Shown in pieces: positions 40,267 to 50,876 of a stretch of DNA of 64,000 bases. Under the pieces are notes generated by a model, which was not told the origin of the DNA, searched no databases, and saw only the letters and a list, made by a program, of their open reading frames with translations. Numbering within the stretch: the first letter of the stretch is position 1; each line of letters opens with the position of its first letter. The position numbers and the translations under genes were made by a program. Source of the DNA: Chloroflexota bacterium (GTDB lineage Bacteria; Chloroflexota; Dehalococcoidia; Lucifugimonadales; JADFKI01); the NCBI GenBank assembly GCA_027623195.1, contig JAQBUT010000004.1:1-64000 (forward strand). The letters are read 5' to 3'.

Positions 40267-41127
40267 ATGACCAGGCTTGTCGGCATATTCGGATACCCCC
40301 TATCCCACTCGTTATCGCCCGCTATACAGCAGGCCGCCTTCGATTACCACAACATCGATGCAGTCTACAGTCCTTGGCAAACGCCGCCCGATGCCCTTGC
40401 ATCCGAAATCGCAAAGCTACGGGGAGACCAGTACCTTGGGGCCAACGTCACCATCCCGCACAAAGAACAGGTGATGCGACACTTGGACCGCATCGATCAG
40501 ATGGCCACTGACATCGGAGCCGTCAACACCATCGTCAAGGAAGGCAGCGAGTTGGTCGGTTACAACACCGACGCCTACGGCTTTATCAGGTCGCTCAAAG
40601 AAGGCAGCGGCCTGGAGCCCATGGGCAAACGAGCGCTGCTCCTTGGAGCCGGTGGTGCAGCTCGCGCGGCGGCCTACGCGCTGGCCCAAGAACGGGTGAT
40701 CTGCCTCACAATTGCCAACCGCACGCTTTCCCGAGCCGAATCGTTGGCAGGCGAAATCAGAAAAATTCTTCCTGAGGTTAGAGCCATTGCCACAGGCGGA
40801 CCCGACTTGCAAGAGGCCTCCCGTGAGGCCGATCTGATAGTCAATTCGACATCTATGGGCATGTGGTACGGGGAAGGCGAGGGCCAGACCATGCTGACCG
40901 CAGACTCAATTCTATTGACTGCTGTTGTGTACGACATGGTGTACAACCCACCGGAGACACCGCTTATGGTCGAGGCCCGTCATGCAGGCGCAACAGTTGT
41001 GGGCGGGCTGTCCATGCTGATCCACCAGGGCGCCGCTGCCTTCCAGCGATGGACTGGCAAAGAGGCGCCGATCACGTTGATGATGGAAGCGGGCGAGGAA
41101 GCGCTGTCCCAGATGGTAAGCGGTTAG
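40267..41127 (+). CDS. aroE: Shikimate dehydrogenase
   Basis: GYPLSHSLSP, NVTIPHK, GAVNT, NTD, GAGGAA; ATG 40267. Confidence 0.95.
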   Translation: MTRLVGIFGYPLSHSLSPAIQQAAFDYHNIDAVYSPWQTPPDALASEIAKLRGDQYLGANVTIPHKEQVMRHLDRIDQMATDIGAVNTIVKEGSELVGYNTDAYGFIRSLKEGSGLEPMGKRALLLGAGGAARAAAYALAQERVICLTIANRTLSRAESLAGEIRKILPEVRAIATGGPDLQEASREADLIVNSTSMGMWYGEGEGQTMLTADSILLTAVVYDMVYNPPETPLMVEARHAGATVVGGLSMLIHQGAAAFQRWTGKEAPITLMMEAGEEALSQMVSG

Positions 41128-42792
41128 TTGACTACACAGGCGAAATCCAACATCTACGTCACCGGCTTTTCCGGCACCGGCAAGACAACTGTGAGCATGG
41201 AGTTGGCCCGTCTCTTGAACAGGCGCTACGTCGACCTGGATGACGAGATTACGAACGCTGCTGGCAAAGCCATCCAAGAAATCTTTGCGGACGAAGGCGA
41301 GGCCCGGTTTCGAGAAATTGAGAGCCAGGCTCTTAGAAATATAAGTTTGGCTGGCGATCAGGTCGTGTCAACGGGCGGCGGCATTGTGACCGACTCCGAC
41401 AATAGATCTATCATGGATTCCACTGGATTCGTCGTATGCCTGGAAGCCTCGCCGGAAACCATATACAGTCGCCTGGAGGCACAGCGTCCGGACGAGCCAG
41501 GTGTAGCGCGCCCTATGCTCGACTCCGAAGATCCCCTGGAACGCATCCGCTCGTTGAAAAGCCAGCGTCAGGTGCACTATACTACCGCCCACTGCACTGT
41601 AGACACCGACGGCCTTACACCGGTTCAGGTGGCAGAGAAAATAGTAGTGGCGTGGAATATGCGAAACAGTCAGCCTAATGCAAACAAAGATGCCCAAGAC
41701 TCGGATTTGGCCTCCATCGTTAGGACATCTCAGGGCGACTACCCCATCTGGGTGGGATGGGGAATTCTCGACGAGTTAGGCGAGCGTATCCAGCGCACTC
41801 TCTCGCCCGGAACCGCGTACATCATCTCGGACGAACACGTGTCGCGACACGCTAGACGCGCGCAGCTTGCCATGGAAGCTGTAGGAATCCCGACCCACAT
41901 ATTCATGATGCCTCCCGGAGAACAGCACAAGACCCTGGAAACGGTGCAGCATGTTTACGCCTGGTTGGCAGACCGAAAAGCAGAGCGCGGGCACTTGATC
42001 GTTGCCGTGGGGGGCGGGGTCGTAGGCGACCTGGCGGGACTGGTTGCGGCCACATATTTACGAGGCATGCCTTTTGCCCAGGTACCAACAAGCCTACTGG
42101 CCATGATGGACGCTGCCATAGGGGGCAAGGTCGCAGTAGACCTACCACAGGGCAAAAACCTGGTTGGCGCCTTCTACCAGCCGAAGTTCGTTCTTTCGGA
42201 TGTGAGCACCCTACAAACGCTGCCGAAGCGGGAGCTAACGTCAGGTTGGGCCGAGGCAATCAAGCACGGGCTTATTCTAGATCCGGAACTGCTGGACTCG
42301 TTCGAGCGCGACCGAGAAGACATACTTTCCTTACAGCCGGACGTGGCCACGGACATCATCCGACGCAGCGTAGCTATAAAGGCAAATATCGTCTCGCAGG
42401 ACGAGCGCGAGACCCTGGGCATTCGAATACTGCTCAACTACGGCCACACTCTGGGTCACGCCATCGAGGCTGCCAGCGGATACGGCAACTTCCTACATGG
42501 CGAGGCCGTCAGCATCGGAATGATGGGATCAGCGTACATCGGCAACGCAATGGGTATGATGAGCGACGACGAGGTGGAGCGTCAACGTGCTGTGCTGGAG
42601 AGCTATGGCCTTCCACTAACCTGCGGCGAGATCAATATTGAGGCCATCAATAATGCCATGCTGTCTGATAAGAAAACGGCTGGGCGGGCCATCCGATGGG
42701 TCCTGCTGGACGGCATAGGAAACGCAACCACCCGAAACGATATACCCGCCGAAAAAGTTCAGGAGATCATTAGAAAGCTCACGGCAGACTAG
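41128..42792 (+). CDS. aroB: Bifunctional shikimate kinase / 3-dehydroquinate synthase (AroK-AroB)
   Basis: GFSGTGKTT, STGGG; GGGVVGDLAG, LNYGHTLGHAIE. Confidence 0.94.
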   Translation: MTTQAKSNIYVTGFSGTGKTTVSMELARLLNRRYVDLDDEITNAAGKAIQEIFADEGEARFREIESQALRNISLAGDQVVSTGGGIVTDSDNRSIMDSTGFVVCLEASPETIYSRLEAQRPDEPGVARPMLDSEDPLERIRSLKSQRQVHYTTAHCTVDTDGLTPVQVAEKIVVAWNMRNSQPNANKDAQDSDLASIVRTSQGDYPIWVGWGILDELGERIQRTLSPGTAYIISDEHVSRHARRAQLAMEAVGIPTHIFMMPPGEQHKTLETVQHVYAWLADRKAERGHLIVAVGGGVVGDLAGLVAATYLRGMPFAQVPTSLLAMMDAAIGGKVAVDLPQGKNLVGAFYQPKFVLSDVSTLQTLPKRELTSGWAEAIKHGLILDPELLDSFERDREDILSLQPDVATDIIRRSVAIKANIVSQDERETLGIRILLNYGHTLGHAIEAASGYGNFLHGEAVSIGMMGSAYIGNAMGMMSDDEVERQRAVLESYGLPLTCGEINIEAINNAMLSDKKTAGRAIRWVLLDGIGNATTRNDIPAEKVQEIIRKLTAD

Positions 42793-43650
42793 ATGTTTGA
42801 AATTCAGTGGCTGTGGCTCATTCTAATGGGCCTGGGCACAGGGATTTACGGCGTGCTTGTTGGGGCCGGTGGTGGCTTTATTCTGGCTCCACTTCTTTTG
42901 ATATTCTTCCACAAGGATCCCGCAATGGTGGCCGGTACGGTTCTGGCACTGGTGGCCGTTAACAGTATCTCCGGCGCAATTACGTTCGGGCGCATGGGTA
43001 TCGTCGATAAGCGCAGTGCATACCTTTTCGCGGCGGCGGCCATTCCAGGATCTGTAATAGCCCCGTTCATACTGAAGGCCTTGGTTAAGGGTTCACCAGG
43101 CCTCTTCCATATTCTATTCGGGGTTATACTTTTACTCCTGGCCATTCGAATCCTAACCAAGCAAAAAAGCGATGCGGCGGAGCAGCAACCCCAAAGTGCG
43201 CCCGTGACATTGCCTGACACAAAGTTGGTTCGCAGTCGCACCATAATTTCAAAACGTGGTCAGACCTACAAATATCGATTTAATGAGGGGTCGGCCACTG
43301 CGATAAATTTCGTGCTCGGCTTCATATCCAGCTTCTTTGGTATTGGCGGAGGGTTCCTTCGCACCCCGATACTAATTTACGGCTTTGGCTTCCCGGTCCA
43401 GGTGGCAGTGGCGACATCGATATTCACATTGGCGTTCCCTGCCACGGCCGGAGCGCTGACCCATGCATGGCTGGGTCATGTCGATTTTTTCCCCACCTTC
43501 GTCCTTGCCGGCGCGGGCCTCATAGTCGGCGGTCAGATTGGCGCCAAGCTAACGGGCGTGGTTAAAGATCAATGGATAATGCGACTGCTTTTGCTAGTGG
43601 TATTCATACTGGGCATAAGTCTGATGATTCAGGGCTTCACAGGATTGTAA
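42793..43650 (+). CDS. TauE/SafE (TSUP) family transporter
   Basis: GAGGGFILAP and GIGGGFL..P repeats; about 8 TMs. Confidence 0.9.
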   Translation: MFEIQWLWLILMGLGTGIYGVLVGAGGGFILAPLLLIFFHKDPAMVAGTVLALVAVNSISGAITFGRMGIVDKRSAYLFAAAAIPGSVIAPFILKALVKGSPGLFHILFGVILLLLAIRILTKQKSDAAEQQPQSAPVTLPDTKLVRSRTIISKRGQTYKYRFNEGSATAINFVLGFISSFFGIGGGFLRTPILIYGFGFPVQVAVATSIFTLAFPATAGALTHAWLGHVDFFPTFVLAGAGLIVGGQIGAKLTGVVKDQWIMRLLLLVVFILGISLMIQGFTGL

Positions 43651-44825
43651 TGTCAGCTTTCACACTTGGCAAAACCGACGGTGACGCCCGCGCAGGCACT
43701 TTGCACACGCCGCACGGCGACGTTCCTACTCCCGCCTTCATGCCAGTGGCGACGCAAGGCTCTGTCAAGGCACTGGACCCTGATGATCTGAAGAAAGTCG
43801 GCGCCAGAATAGTGCTGTCCAACACCTACCATATGTACCTCAGGCCGGGTGTCGAGATAGTGCGCTCACTGGGTGGGCTGCATGGGTTTATGCAGTGGGA
43901 CGGCCCAATGCTAACCGACAGCGGCGGGTTCCAGGGCTTCAGCCTGGCACATCTTCGCAAGATCACCGAAGACGCCATCATATTCAAATCCCACATCGAC
44001 GGAAGCACGCACTACTTCAGCCCTGCCGCAGCGACGCAACACCAGGAGGGCCTGGGCGCTGACATCATCATGCCTTTAGATATCTGCGTGCCCGCAGACA
44101 GCGACCGCGCCACCGCTGATGCGGCTGTCGAAAAGACCAACCGCTGGGTGATGCTGTGCCGCGAAGCCCACACGCGACAGGACCAGCACCTTTTCGGAAT
44201 CGTGCAGGGTGGGCTATTCCCCGACCTTCGCAAGAAGTCGGCAGACTTCCTTACTTCGTTAGGCTTTCCGGGTTACGCGGTGGGCGGACTTAGTGTTGGA
44301 GAGTCCAAGCATGACATGTACGAAGCCGTCGGATTCACAACGCCTTTGTTGCCAAAGGATTCGCCACGTTACCTCATGGGCGTGGGCTCTCCGGAGGACC
44401 TGGTGGAGTGCGTGGCTCGCGGCATAGATATGTTCGACTGCGTGCTGCCGACAAGAATTGCCCGTAACGGCGCCCTGTTCGTGAAAAGCGGCCGGGTGAA
44501 CATCGACAACGCACGTTTCAGGTCAATGGACGCCCCGGTTGAAGAGGGCTGCGATTGCTACACCTGCCGCACCTTCTCCGCCGCCTACGTGCACCACCTG
44601 TTCAGGACCAAGGAGCTGCTGGCTTTCCGGCTAGCCACTATCCATAACCTTCGCTTCATACTGAGGCTAATGGAGGAGATGAGGGAGGCCATTCTGCAGG
44701 GGACATTCGCGGAGTACCACAATGCTTTCAACGAGCGTTTCACGGCACCGGACGAGGCTACGCGGAGGGAACAAAAGCGGAAGTGGTTGGATGCGCTGGC
44801 CAAGTCAAAATCGACTTCAGGATAA
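43650..44825 (+). CDS. tgt: tRNA-guanine transglycosylase
   Basis: TPAFMPV, TDSGGFQ, YLMGVG, DMFDCVLPTR, CDCYTC. Confidence 0.96.
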   Translation: MSAFTLGKTDGDARAGTLHTPHGDVPTPAFMPVATQGSVKALDPDDLKKVGARIVLSNTYHMYLRPGVEIVRSLGGLHGFMQWDGPMLTDSGGFQGFSLAHLRKITEDAIIFKSHIDGSTHYFSPAAATQHQEGLGADIIMPLDICVPADSDRATADAAVEKTNRWVMLCREAHTRQDQHLFGIVQGGLFPDLRKKSADFLTSLGFPGYAVGGLSVGESKHDMYEAVGFTTPLLPKDSPRYLMGVGSPEDLVECVARGIDMFDCVLPTRIARNGALFVKSGRVNIDNARFRSMDAPVEEGCDCYTCRTFSAAYVHHLFRTKELLAFRLATIHNLRFILRLMEEMREAILQGTFAEYHNAFNERFTAPDEATRREQKRKWLDALAKSKSTSG

Positions 44826-44895
44826 AACAAATGAAGAGGGCACAACCAGCCACGGCGGGTCATACCCTCTTCTAGAAAACTGAATGGCTATTAGG

Positions 44896-45174
44896 CTAGA
44901 AGCCGCCTGCTACGGCTGGCACGATGCTAACCTCGTCCCCGGTCTTGGTAGCCGTGCCCAAACCATCTAGGAAACGGACATCCTCTCCGTTCACGTATAT
45001 GTTAACGAAGTTCCTGAGCGCTCCCTGATCGTCACAGAGCCGACCCCTGATACCTGGATATTGCGCCTCCATCGAGTCGATGATTCCGCCCAGGGTTGCC
45101 CCCTCCACGGTCACTTTGTCGTCGCCGTTGGTAACCCGGCGAAGGGGCGTGGGAATTCTCACCATGATACTCAT
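44896..45174 (-). CDS. MoaD/ThiS/CysO-like ubiquitin-like sulfur carrier
   Basis: VRIPTPLR, NIYVNGEDVR, PAVAGGF. Confidence 0.92.
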   Translation of the reverse strand: MSIMVRIPTPLRRVTNGDDKVTVEGATLGGIIDSMEAQYPGIRGRLCDDQGALRNFVNIYVNGEDVRFLDGLGTATKTGDEVSIVPAVAGGF

Positions 45175-45248
45175 TCGTCCATTTCCTCCATCAGTTCGCT
45201 CTGCCTGAGCGCTGTTTGACTAGTTGGATGCTAAAAAAGATGTACGGG

Positions 45249-45491
45249 TTAACCTTCTACAACGTCGCCGCTAACAGGATCAACCCTGACGCCCGACTCG
45301 ACGATCCAATGCAGGCCTCTTTCGATTTCGTGTTCCTCGCCGTCGAGCTCTAGCACGACCCAGCCCATATTCTCGCGAACGTCGGCCCTGCGAATATTCG
45401 ACACGATCTCGAAGTTCTTTCCCAGCAGGTGGATTAGAGGCTCCTTAACCATGTCCTGCGGAAACGTAAGTTTGATTCGGCGACGAGTCAT
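45249..45491 (-). CDS. NIL domain protein
   Basis: LTFP...VKEPLI..L...F....NIRRADV....GWVVLELDG. Confidence 0.88.
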   Translation of the reverse strand: MTRRRIKLTFPQDMVKEPLIHLLGKNFEIVSNIRRADVRENMGWVVLELDGEEHEIERGLHWIVESGVRVDPVSGDVVEG

Positions 45492-46729
45492 TGGCTTTTT
45501 CCATTCGTATGAGCGGCCATGGATTCCATAAAGTCGTTGTAGCTGGGGGAAGTGAAAACGGGGTTAATCACGCCCTCTATGGCCTCCTGGGTTTTGAGGC
45601 CGTTTCCGGTGATATAGGCCACCGTCACATCGTCGGGTTTGATCGCTCCGGAGAGGGCCAGCTTTCGCAGACCGGATATTACCACGCCGCCTGCCGTCTC
45701 CGTGAAGATTCCCTCGGTCTCAGCCAGAAGCTGAATGCCCTCGACGATCTCGTCCTCAGGCGCTATGACGGCGCTGCCATGGGAGTCCTGTATTGTTTGG
45801 ATGGAGTAGAATCCGTCCGCTGGATTCCCGATGGCCAAGGACTTCGCAATGGTGTTCGGTGTAACCGGTCGCACATGAGGCGTACCCTCTTCATATGCCC
45901 TCGCTATGGGCGAGCAACCTTCCGCCTGAGCCATGTGCATTCTAGTATCGTTCTTTTCTATCAACCCAAGGTCGGTTAGCTCTTTTAGGCCCTTCCATAT
46001 CTTGGTGAACAGAGACCCTGATGCGCCAGGGACCACACAAACGTCCGGTGCCCTCCAGCCCAGTTGCTCCGCCACCTCGTAAGCAAGGGTCTTGCTCCCC
46101 TCGGAATAGAAGGGGCGCATATTGATATTAACGAATGCCCAACGGTGATTGTCCGCCAGCTCACTGCAAAGGCGGTTTACCTGGTCGTAGTTACCCTCCA
46201 CGGCCACCAACGTAGCACCGTAGATACCGGCCCCCAGAATCTTGCCCCGCTCCAGGTCTGCCGGGAAAAAGACCATGGTGTCCATACCGGCCTTGGCTCC
46301 GTGGGCCGACACTGATCCAGCCAGGTTACCCGTGGAGGCGCAGGCCAGCGTATCAAATTCGAATTCCAAGGCTTTTGCAGACGCAGTCGCGACCACCCGG
46401 TCCTTGAAAGAGAACGTAGGATTAACACTGTCGTTCTTGATGTACAGCTTGTTAAGCCCGAGCTTACCGCCCAGGTTCTTGGCATGGATAAGAGGTGTAA
46501 ATCCGGTGCCCATATCCAAAGCCATTTCGACGTCCACGGGCAGAAGATCGTGGTAACGCCACATGGTCAGAGGCCCTTTGGCTATGCTTTCGTGACTGAT
46601 GACTCTGGCAATGGAATCGTAGTCGTATGCGACCTCCAATGGCCCGAAGCAGAAATCACAAACGTATATGGGCTCTACCGGGTACTCGGTGCCGCACTCG
46701 CGACATCGAAGGCACTTCACATGGGACAC
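45488..46729 (-). CDS. thrC: Threonine synthase-like PLP enzyme
   Basis: N-terminal CxxC..CxxC, NPTFSFKDR, CASTGN, TGNGLK; GTG 46729 with GGAGG RBS. Confidence 0.85.
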   Translation of the reverse strand: MSHVKCLRCRECGTEYPVEPIYVCDFCFGPLEVAYDYDSIARVISHESIAKGPLTMWRYHDLLPVDVEMALDMGTGFTPLIHAKNLGGKLGLNKLYIKNDSVNPTFSFKDRVVATASAKALEFEFDTLACASTGNLAGSVSAHGAKAGMDTMVFFPADLERGKILGAGIYGATLVAVEGNYDQVNRLCSELADNHRWAFVNINMRPFYSEGSKTLAYEVAEQLGWRAPDVCVVPGASGSLFTKIWKGLKELTDLGLIEKNDTRMHMAQAEGCSPIARAYEEGTPHVRPVTPNTIAKSLAIGNPADGFYSIQTIQDSHGSAVIAPEDEIVEGIQLLAETEGIFTETAGGVVISGLRKLALSGAIKPDDVTVAYITGNGLKTQEAIEGVINPVFTSPSYNDFMESMAAHTNGKSQ

Positions 46730-46800
46730 TTGTCCCCTCCCCACAAACTGAATCGTTCAATTATACAAAAACCCGCTAGGTGCGGGCAATAAACATCGGA

Positions 46801-46830
46801 ATCTTAGCAATTTACAAGGGTTATTGTCAA
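46801..46830 (-). promoter_or_regulatory. Sigma70-type promoter of the thrC-NIL-moaD operon
   Basis: TTGACA-18 nt (ending TGc)-TAAGAT on the minus strand. Confidence 0.65.
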
Positions 46831-46950
46831 CCAGCCGCCCCGTGGGACAGGTGCGCAGCCTCTTTGTCCTTCACGCGTCGGCGTACCCATCTGTAACGGA
46901 CTTGTGGACTCATAAAATGCCTTATATACTTTACCAGTAAGCCACAGGGG

Positions 46951-47610
46951 GTGACTATGGCGCCCAGAGAACGAAACCTTCCCCTATTTCCGCTCAACAC
47001 GGTTCTGTTTCCTAATGCTAGCTTGCCACTTCAGATATTTGAGGATCGGTACAAGGAAATGCTGCAGGACTGCCTTGACGCGGACTCCAGATTCGGGATT
47101 GTCCTTATCAAAGAAGGCCAAGAGGTCGGCGAGGGAGCCGTCCCCTACGGCATAGGCACGGTGGGCCATATCGTCCAGGTTAACGAAGCAAGAGGCGGAA
47201 ATCGGTTCTTCGTTTCTATCCAGGGCGAGCGTCGGTTCTCCATCAAGAACATAACTCAACACCGGCCATACATGACCGCAGATGTGGTGTTGCTGGACGA
47301 CGAGTCCCAGCCGGACCTGGTTGGCGAGGAGATGGAGGACGTAAAAAAGGCGCTGATCCAGTATCGAAGTCTGATAACCGGATTGGAAGGCGGCTGGCAA
47401 GGCGAGGCCAATATCACAGCCAATCCCGTTTACCTTTCCTACCACATCGCCAGCGTGCTGCAGATCAAGATGCGTGAGCGCCAGGCTCTCCTGGAAGAAC
47501 CCTCTGCCTCCGCCCGATTGCAAGCAGAGTTGAAATACCTTCAGCGTGATGTGGAGGCGCTAACGCGCCAGGTCTCCCGAAACCTCCGCCGCAAATTCAG
47601 CAATCAATAG
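46951..47610 (+). CDS. Lon protease N-terminal (substrate-binding) domain protein
   Basis: LPLFPL..VLFP...LPL.IFE.RY..M. Confidence 0.92.
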   Translation: MTMAPRERNLPLFPLNTVLFPNASLPLQIFEDRYKEMLQDCLDADSRFGIVLIKEGQEVGEGAVPYGIGTVGHIVQVNEARGGNRFFVSIQGERRFSIKNITQHRPYMTADVVLLDDESQPDLVGEEMEDVKKALIQYRSLITGLEGGWQGEANITANPVYLSYHIASVLQIKMRERQALLEEPSASARLQAELKYLQRDVEALTRQVSRNLRRKFSNQ

Positions 47611-47780
47611 TTTGGGATCGTCGGGCAAAAGAGGACTGGTCAAGTGGTGACAGGTTCGATTGCCAGAACGCATCGAGAAATGCGAATCTATTCGCAAATG
47701 GAGTCCCGGCTGACACTCTCTGGATTTAACATTCGTGGTGAGTTCGTCGAACCACAGGCCAACGTACCCGACCCTATCAT

Positions 47781-48713
47781 TTACTCAGCCGCTGGGAATT
47801 TTGTAAGGCGGACGGCATCATTCGCCTGAAGCGGCGCATCGAAGATCCCTGGCTGAACCACCTGTGCCAACAACTCCAACGCATCAACCAGCCTTGGCCC
47901 GCTACGGCTGAAGTAAGCGCTGGCATCCGCCATGTATGCCCTACCTTCGCGAACAGCCCTTAGCTCTTTCCACTCGCCCAGGTTTTCAAGACCGGATAAC
48001 TCTTTTACGCCCCGCGTTACGCCCATGCCGCAAGGCATCATAAGCAGAACGTCGGGGTCGGCATTTCGCAAATCGTCCATCGTGATGCGCTTGGAGGGCT
48101 GACCCGGTTCGGCCAATGCGTCAACACCGCCTGCCATCTCCACCATCTCCGGCACCCAGTGACCAGCCACGATTGTCGGCTCCAACCACTCGATGCAGGC
48201 CACGCGGGGCTTATCCTCAGCCGACGCAGCCTGAGAACGTACCTTGTAAATCCTGGATTGAAGTTCGGCGGCTATCTCTTTGGCTCGGGGAAGAGTACCC
48301 GTAAAACGCCCCACGTTCTCAATGTCCTGTAGCACGTCGCCGATGCTGCCAGGGTCTAAAGACATTACAACCGGCGGCATTTCCAGTTGCACAACCGCCT
48401 GCTGAACATCTTCGTAAGACACGGCACAAACGTCGCATAGCTCCTGCGTAAGAACCAGCTCCGGCTTCAGTTCCTCAAGGGCCTTCTGATCAACCTCGTA
48501 AATTCGTTCGCCTCGTGCGTACATTTCTGAGACAACGCGGTCGATTTCCTTGCCGCTCAAGGACGACGCGTCGAACTTGCTCCGAACGACTTTGGGCTTA
48601 GCGAGCGCCTCAGTGGGGAAGTCGCATTCGTGGCTAACGGCCATCAATGAGTCGCCAAGCCCCAGAGCGTAAACGATCTCCGTGGCGCTGGGCAAAAAGG
48701 AACATATCCTCAT
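47781..48713 (-). CDS. BtuF-like periplasmic-binding family (cobalamin-binding-like) protein
   Basis: RICSFLPSATEIV, SHECDFP, TQELCDVCAV, YFSRSGPRL. Confidence 0.85.
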   Translation of the reverse strand: MRICSFLPSATEIVYALGLGDSLMAVSHECDFPTEALAKPKVVRSKFDASSLSGKEIDRVVSEMYARGERIYEVDQKALEELKPELVLTQELCDVCAVSYEDVQQAVVQLEMPPVVMSLDPGSIGDVLQDIENVGRFTGTLPRAKEIAAELQSRIYKVRSQAASAEDKPRVACIEWLEPTIVAGHWVPEMVEMAGGVDALAEPGQPSKRITMDDLRNADPDVLLMMPCGMGVTRGVKELSGLENLGEWKELRAVREGRAYMADASAYFSRSGPRLVDALELLAQVVQPGIFDAPLQANDAVRLTKFPAAE

Positions 48714-48842
48714 TATTTTTAAATCCGTTCTTTTGAGTCTTATTGATTACGATATTCCAAAGCATTGGCAATATTGGGAAAGGTCAAAATGCCGCAAGTC
48801 CCAGTGTCGCGGCCAATCGTACCATAGCAGCGCGGGCAAAAT

Positions 48843-48875
48843 GAAAGGCCGACAGGAACATCCCGTCGGCCTTTC
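48843..48875 (-). terminator. Intrinsic terminator
   Basis: gaaaggccgac...gtcggcctttc. Confidence 0.7.
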
Positions 48876-48896
48876 TCACATTAAGCTAAGTCGGTG

Positions 48897-50102
48897 CTAA
48901 GCGTTGAGCACGCCTTCTTTAGCAAAGGAATCCGCAAGACGGGCTATGCCTTCATGGATATCCTCGGGGGTGTTGTATCCGAAGCACAGCCGGGCGTAGT
49001 TCTTGCCAGACACGCCATCAGGAGCGAATAGAGGGCCGGACTGGTATCCAACGTCGGCCGTATCCAGAACCTTGTCGCGAATGGCCTGAAGGTCGGCCTC
49101 TTCCTGCATCTTAAGCCAGATGAACAGACCACCCTTAGGCTCGCTCCATTCAGCTGCGGAGCCGAAATTCTCGCCCAGAGCGGCAATCATGGCGTCGCGC
49201 TTGCCCCTCTGAATGTTATTTATCTCTACGATGTGTTCGTCCAGGTGGCCCGTGGCGTAACGATGTACGGCCCAGGCGGCGAACTGGTTGACGGATCCGC
49301 CACTCTTCACGCCCCTGGCAATGTCCATTACAGCTTTGGGGGCCGTCATGTAACCCAGGCGCATCCCAGGACCGATAATCTTCGAGAATGAGGCCGTGTA
49401 CATCACGCTGCCTGTGTCGTCCATCGAGTAAATGGAAGGGACAGATTCCCCCTCGTATCGAAGGTCGACGTAGCAGTCGTCTTCCAGAATTGGCACGCCG
49501 TACTGATGCGATATCTTCAGCATGGCCTCTCGCCGCTCTCGGGTGGCGGTCCACCCCTGTGGGTTCTGAAAGGTTGGGATGGTGTAGATGAACTTGGGCT
49601 TCTTGCCCTGGCCGATGGCATTCTTGATAGTGGATTCCAGGGCGTCGGGCAGCATGCCCTCCTGGTCGCAGGCCACACCGCGAATGTCCGTGTGAAAGCG
49701 TCGGAGTTGCCCCAGCGTACCCGAATACACGAAGTCCTCTGTAAGGACAACGTCACCAGGGTCCAGCAGCGTCTCGCATATCATATGTATGGGCTGCCCG
49801 GAGCCGTCGCCCAGAATGATATCGTCAGCAGAAACGTTGATACCGCTATCGCGAGCCAGTTTTTGAGCGACAAATTCTCTTAATGGAGAATAGCCACTCT
49901 GATGGGTATAGAGGGCCAGATCTCCGCCCTCTTCCGCCATGGCTTCCTTCAGACCTTCCAGCAGGCCATCGGTCGGCACGGAGGCCGGATCGGGGTATGC
50001 AACAGCAAAGTCGTATTTGCCCCGCTTCACTATAGGCGCTTCTCTGGGTTCTGGAGAGTTTTTTGCGAACAGTCCCTCAAAGCTGAACTGGGAACCTGCC
50101 AT
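48897..50102 (-). CDS. PLP-dependent aminotransferase class I/II (LysN/Aro8-like)
   Basis: YTIPTFQNPQG, EDDCY, SFSKIIGPGMRLG. Confidence 0.92.
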   Translation of the reverse strand: MAGSQFSFEGLFAKNSPEPREAPIVKRGKYDFAVAYPDPASVPTDGLLEGLKEAMAEEGGDLALYTHQSGYSPLREFVAQKLARDSGINVSADDIILGDGSGQPIHMICETLLDPGDVVLTEDFVYSGTLGQLRRFHTDIRGVACDQEGMLPDALESTIKNAIGQGKKPKFIYTIPTFQNPQGWTATRERREAMLKISHQYGVPILEDDCYVDLRYEGESVPSIYSMDDTGSVMYTASFSKIIGPGMRLGYMTAPKAVMDIARGVKSGGSVNQFAAWAVHRYATGHLDEHIVEINNIQRGKRDAMIAALGENFGSAAEWSEPKGGLFIWLKMQEEADLQAIRDKVLDTADVGYQSGPLFAPDGVSGKNYARLCFGYNTPEDIHEGIARLADSFAKEGVLNA

Positions 50103-50321
50103 TCGTCATCCTCCTTGATCCGGCGTTTTGGGGTGCGGCACAATTACGAGCGTGCCACAGGGCTGTACCGGCAATTTACCGATTAGTGTATTACCTTTCC
50201 TGAAAGAATACAACGCACCTCAAAGGAACAAGCCAATGGCCTTTACAGGGGCATAAGGGCGTGCTATGAAATAAGGGAATACCTCTAGACATCTGCAGTC
50301 TCGACGAGATCGTCAGGCGCA

Positions 50322-50876
50322 ATGAACAGGACGCATTTGCTTACATTCATCAGGGTACTGTTTCTGGGCTTGGTAGCCGCCACATTTCTGACGAACTTGG
50401 GATGGAGGAAACGCCTCGTTATCCTGGCCTTTTCCGGCCTCGGACTAATTGTGGGGTCTATCATTGTTATTTCGCTTACGAGCAATACAAGCAAAGAGCC
50501 AACTTTGCCCACATCGCCTACTGCCATAGTAGTAGTCTCGCCGGCCCCCACTCGAGAGCCTGAGGAACCCAGCTTCGAATCTGCATGCCGACTATTCCGG
50601 CTGGTTGTGCAAGATATTGAATCAGACCAACTAGGGGCATTCGACGAACGCAACCGGCGATTCAATGAGATTCGGGCCAACGCCAAGTTTCCGGGTTCGC
50701 CAGCCTCGTTTCTCGATCTAATTAACACCTATGCAGCCGCAGTGGACAAGAAGTTGGGTGTAGACGGGGCAGCAGAGCCTCCTATTTTCACGGAGACTGA
50801 CGTAATAGTGCTGGACAGGGCCATACGCAGGTCCCGCGACGATATGCTCAGCGAATGCCGCGCCAGGGAGGGCTAA
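50322..50876 (+). CDS. Hypothetical membrane-anchored protein
   Basis: Two N-terminal hydrophobic segments, Pro/Thr linker, helical domain with a Cys pair. Confidence 0.55.
   Translation: MNRTHLLTFIRVLFLGLVAATFLTNLGWRKRLVILAFSGLGLIVGSIIVISLTSNTSKEPTLPTSPTAIVVVSPAPTREPEEPSFESACRLFRLVVQDIESDQLGAFDERNRRFNEIRANAKFPGSPASFLDLINTYAAAVDKKLGVDGAAEPPIFTETDVIVLDRAIRRSRDDMLSECRAREG

Noticed and set aside
46780..46900. SAM riboswitch upstream of the thrC-like gene (TGCTAAGATTCCGATG resembles the S-box 3' end)
   Set aside because: No ATC..GAG 5' core or P2/P3; better explained as a TTGACA/TAAGAT promoter.
47730..47755. REP-like sequence ttcgtggtgagttcgtcgaacca
   Set aside because: Single degenerate copy in the window; cannot be supported as a repeat family.
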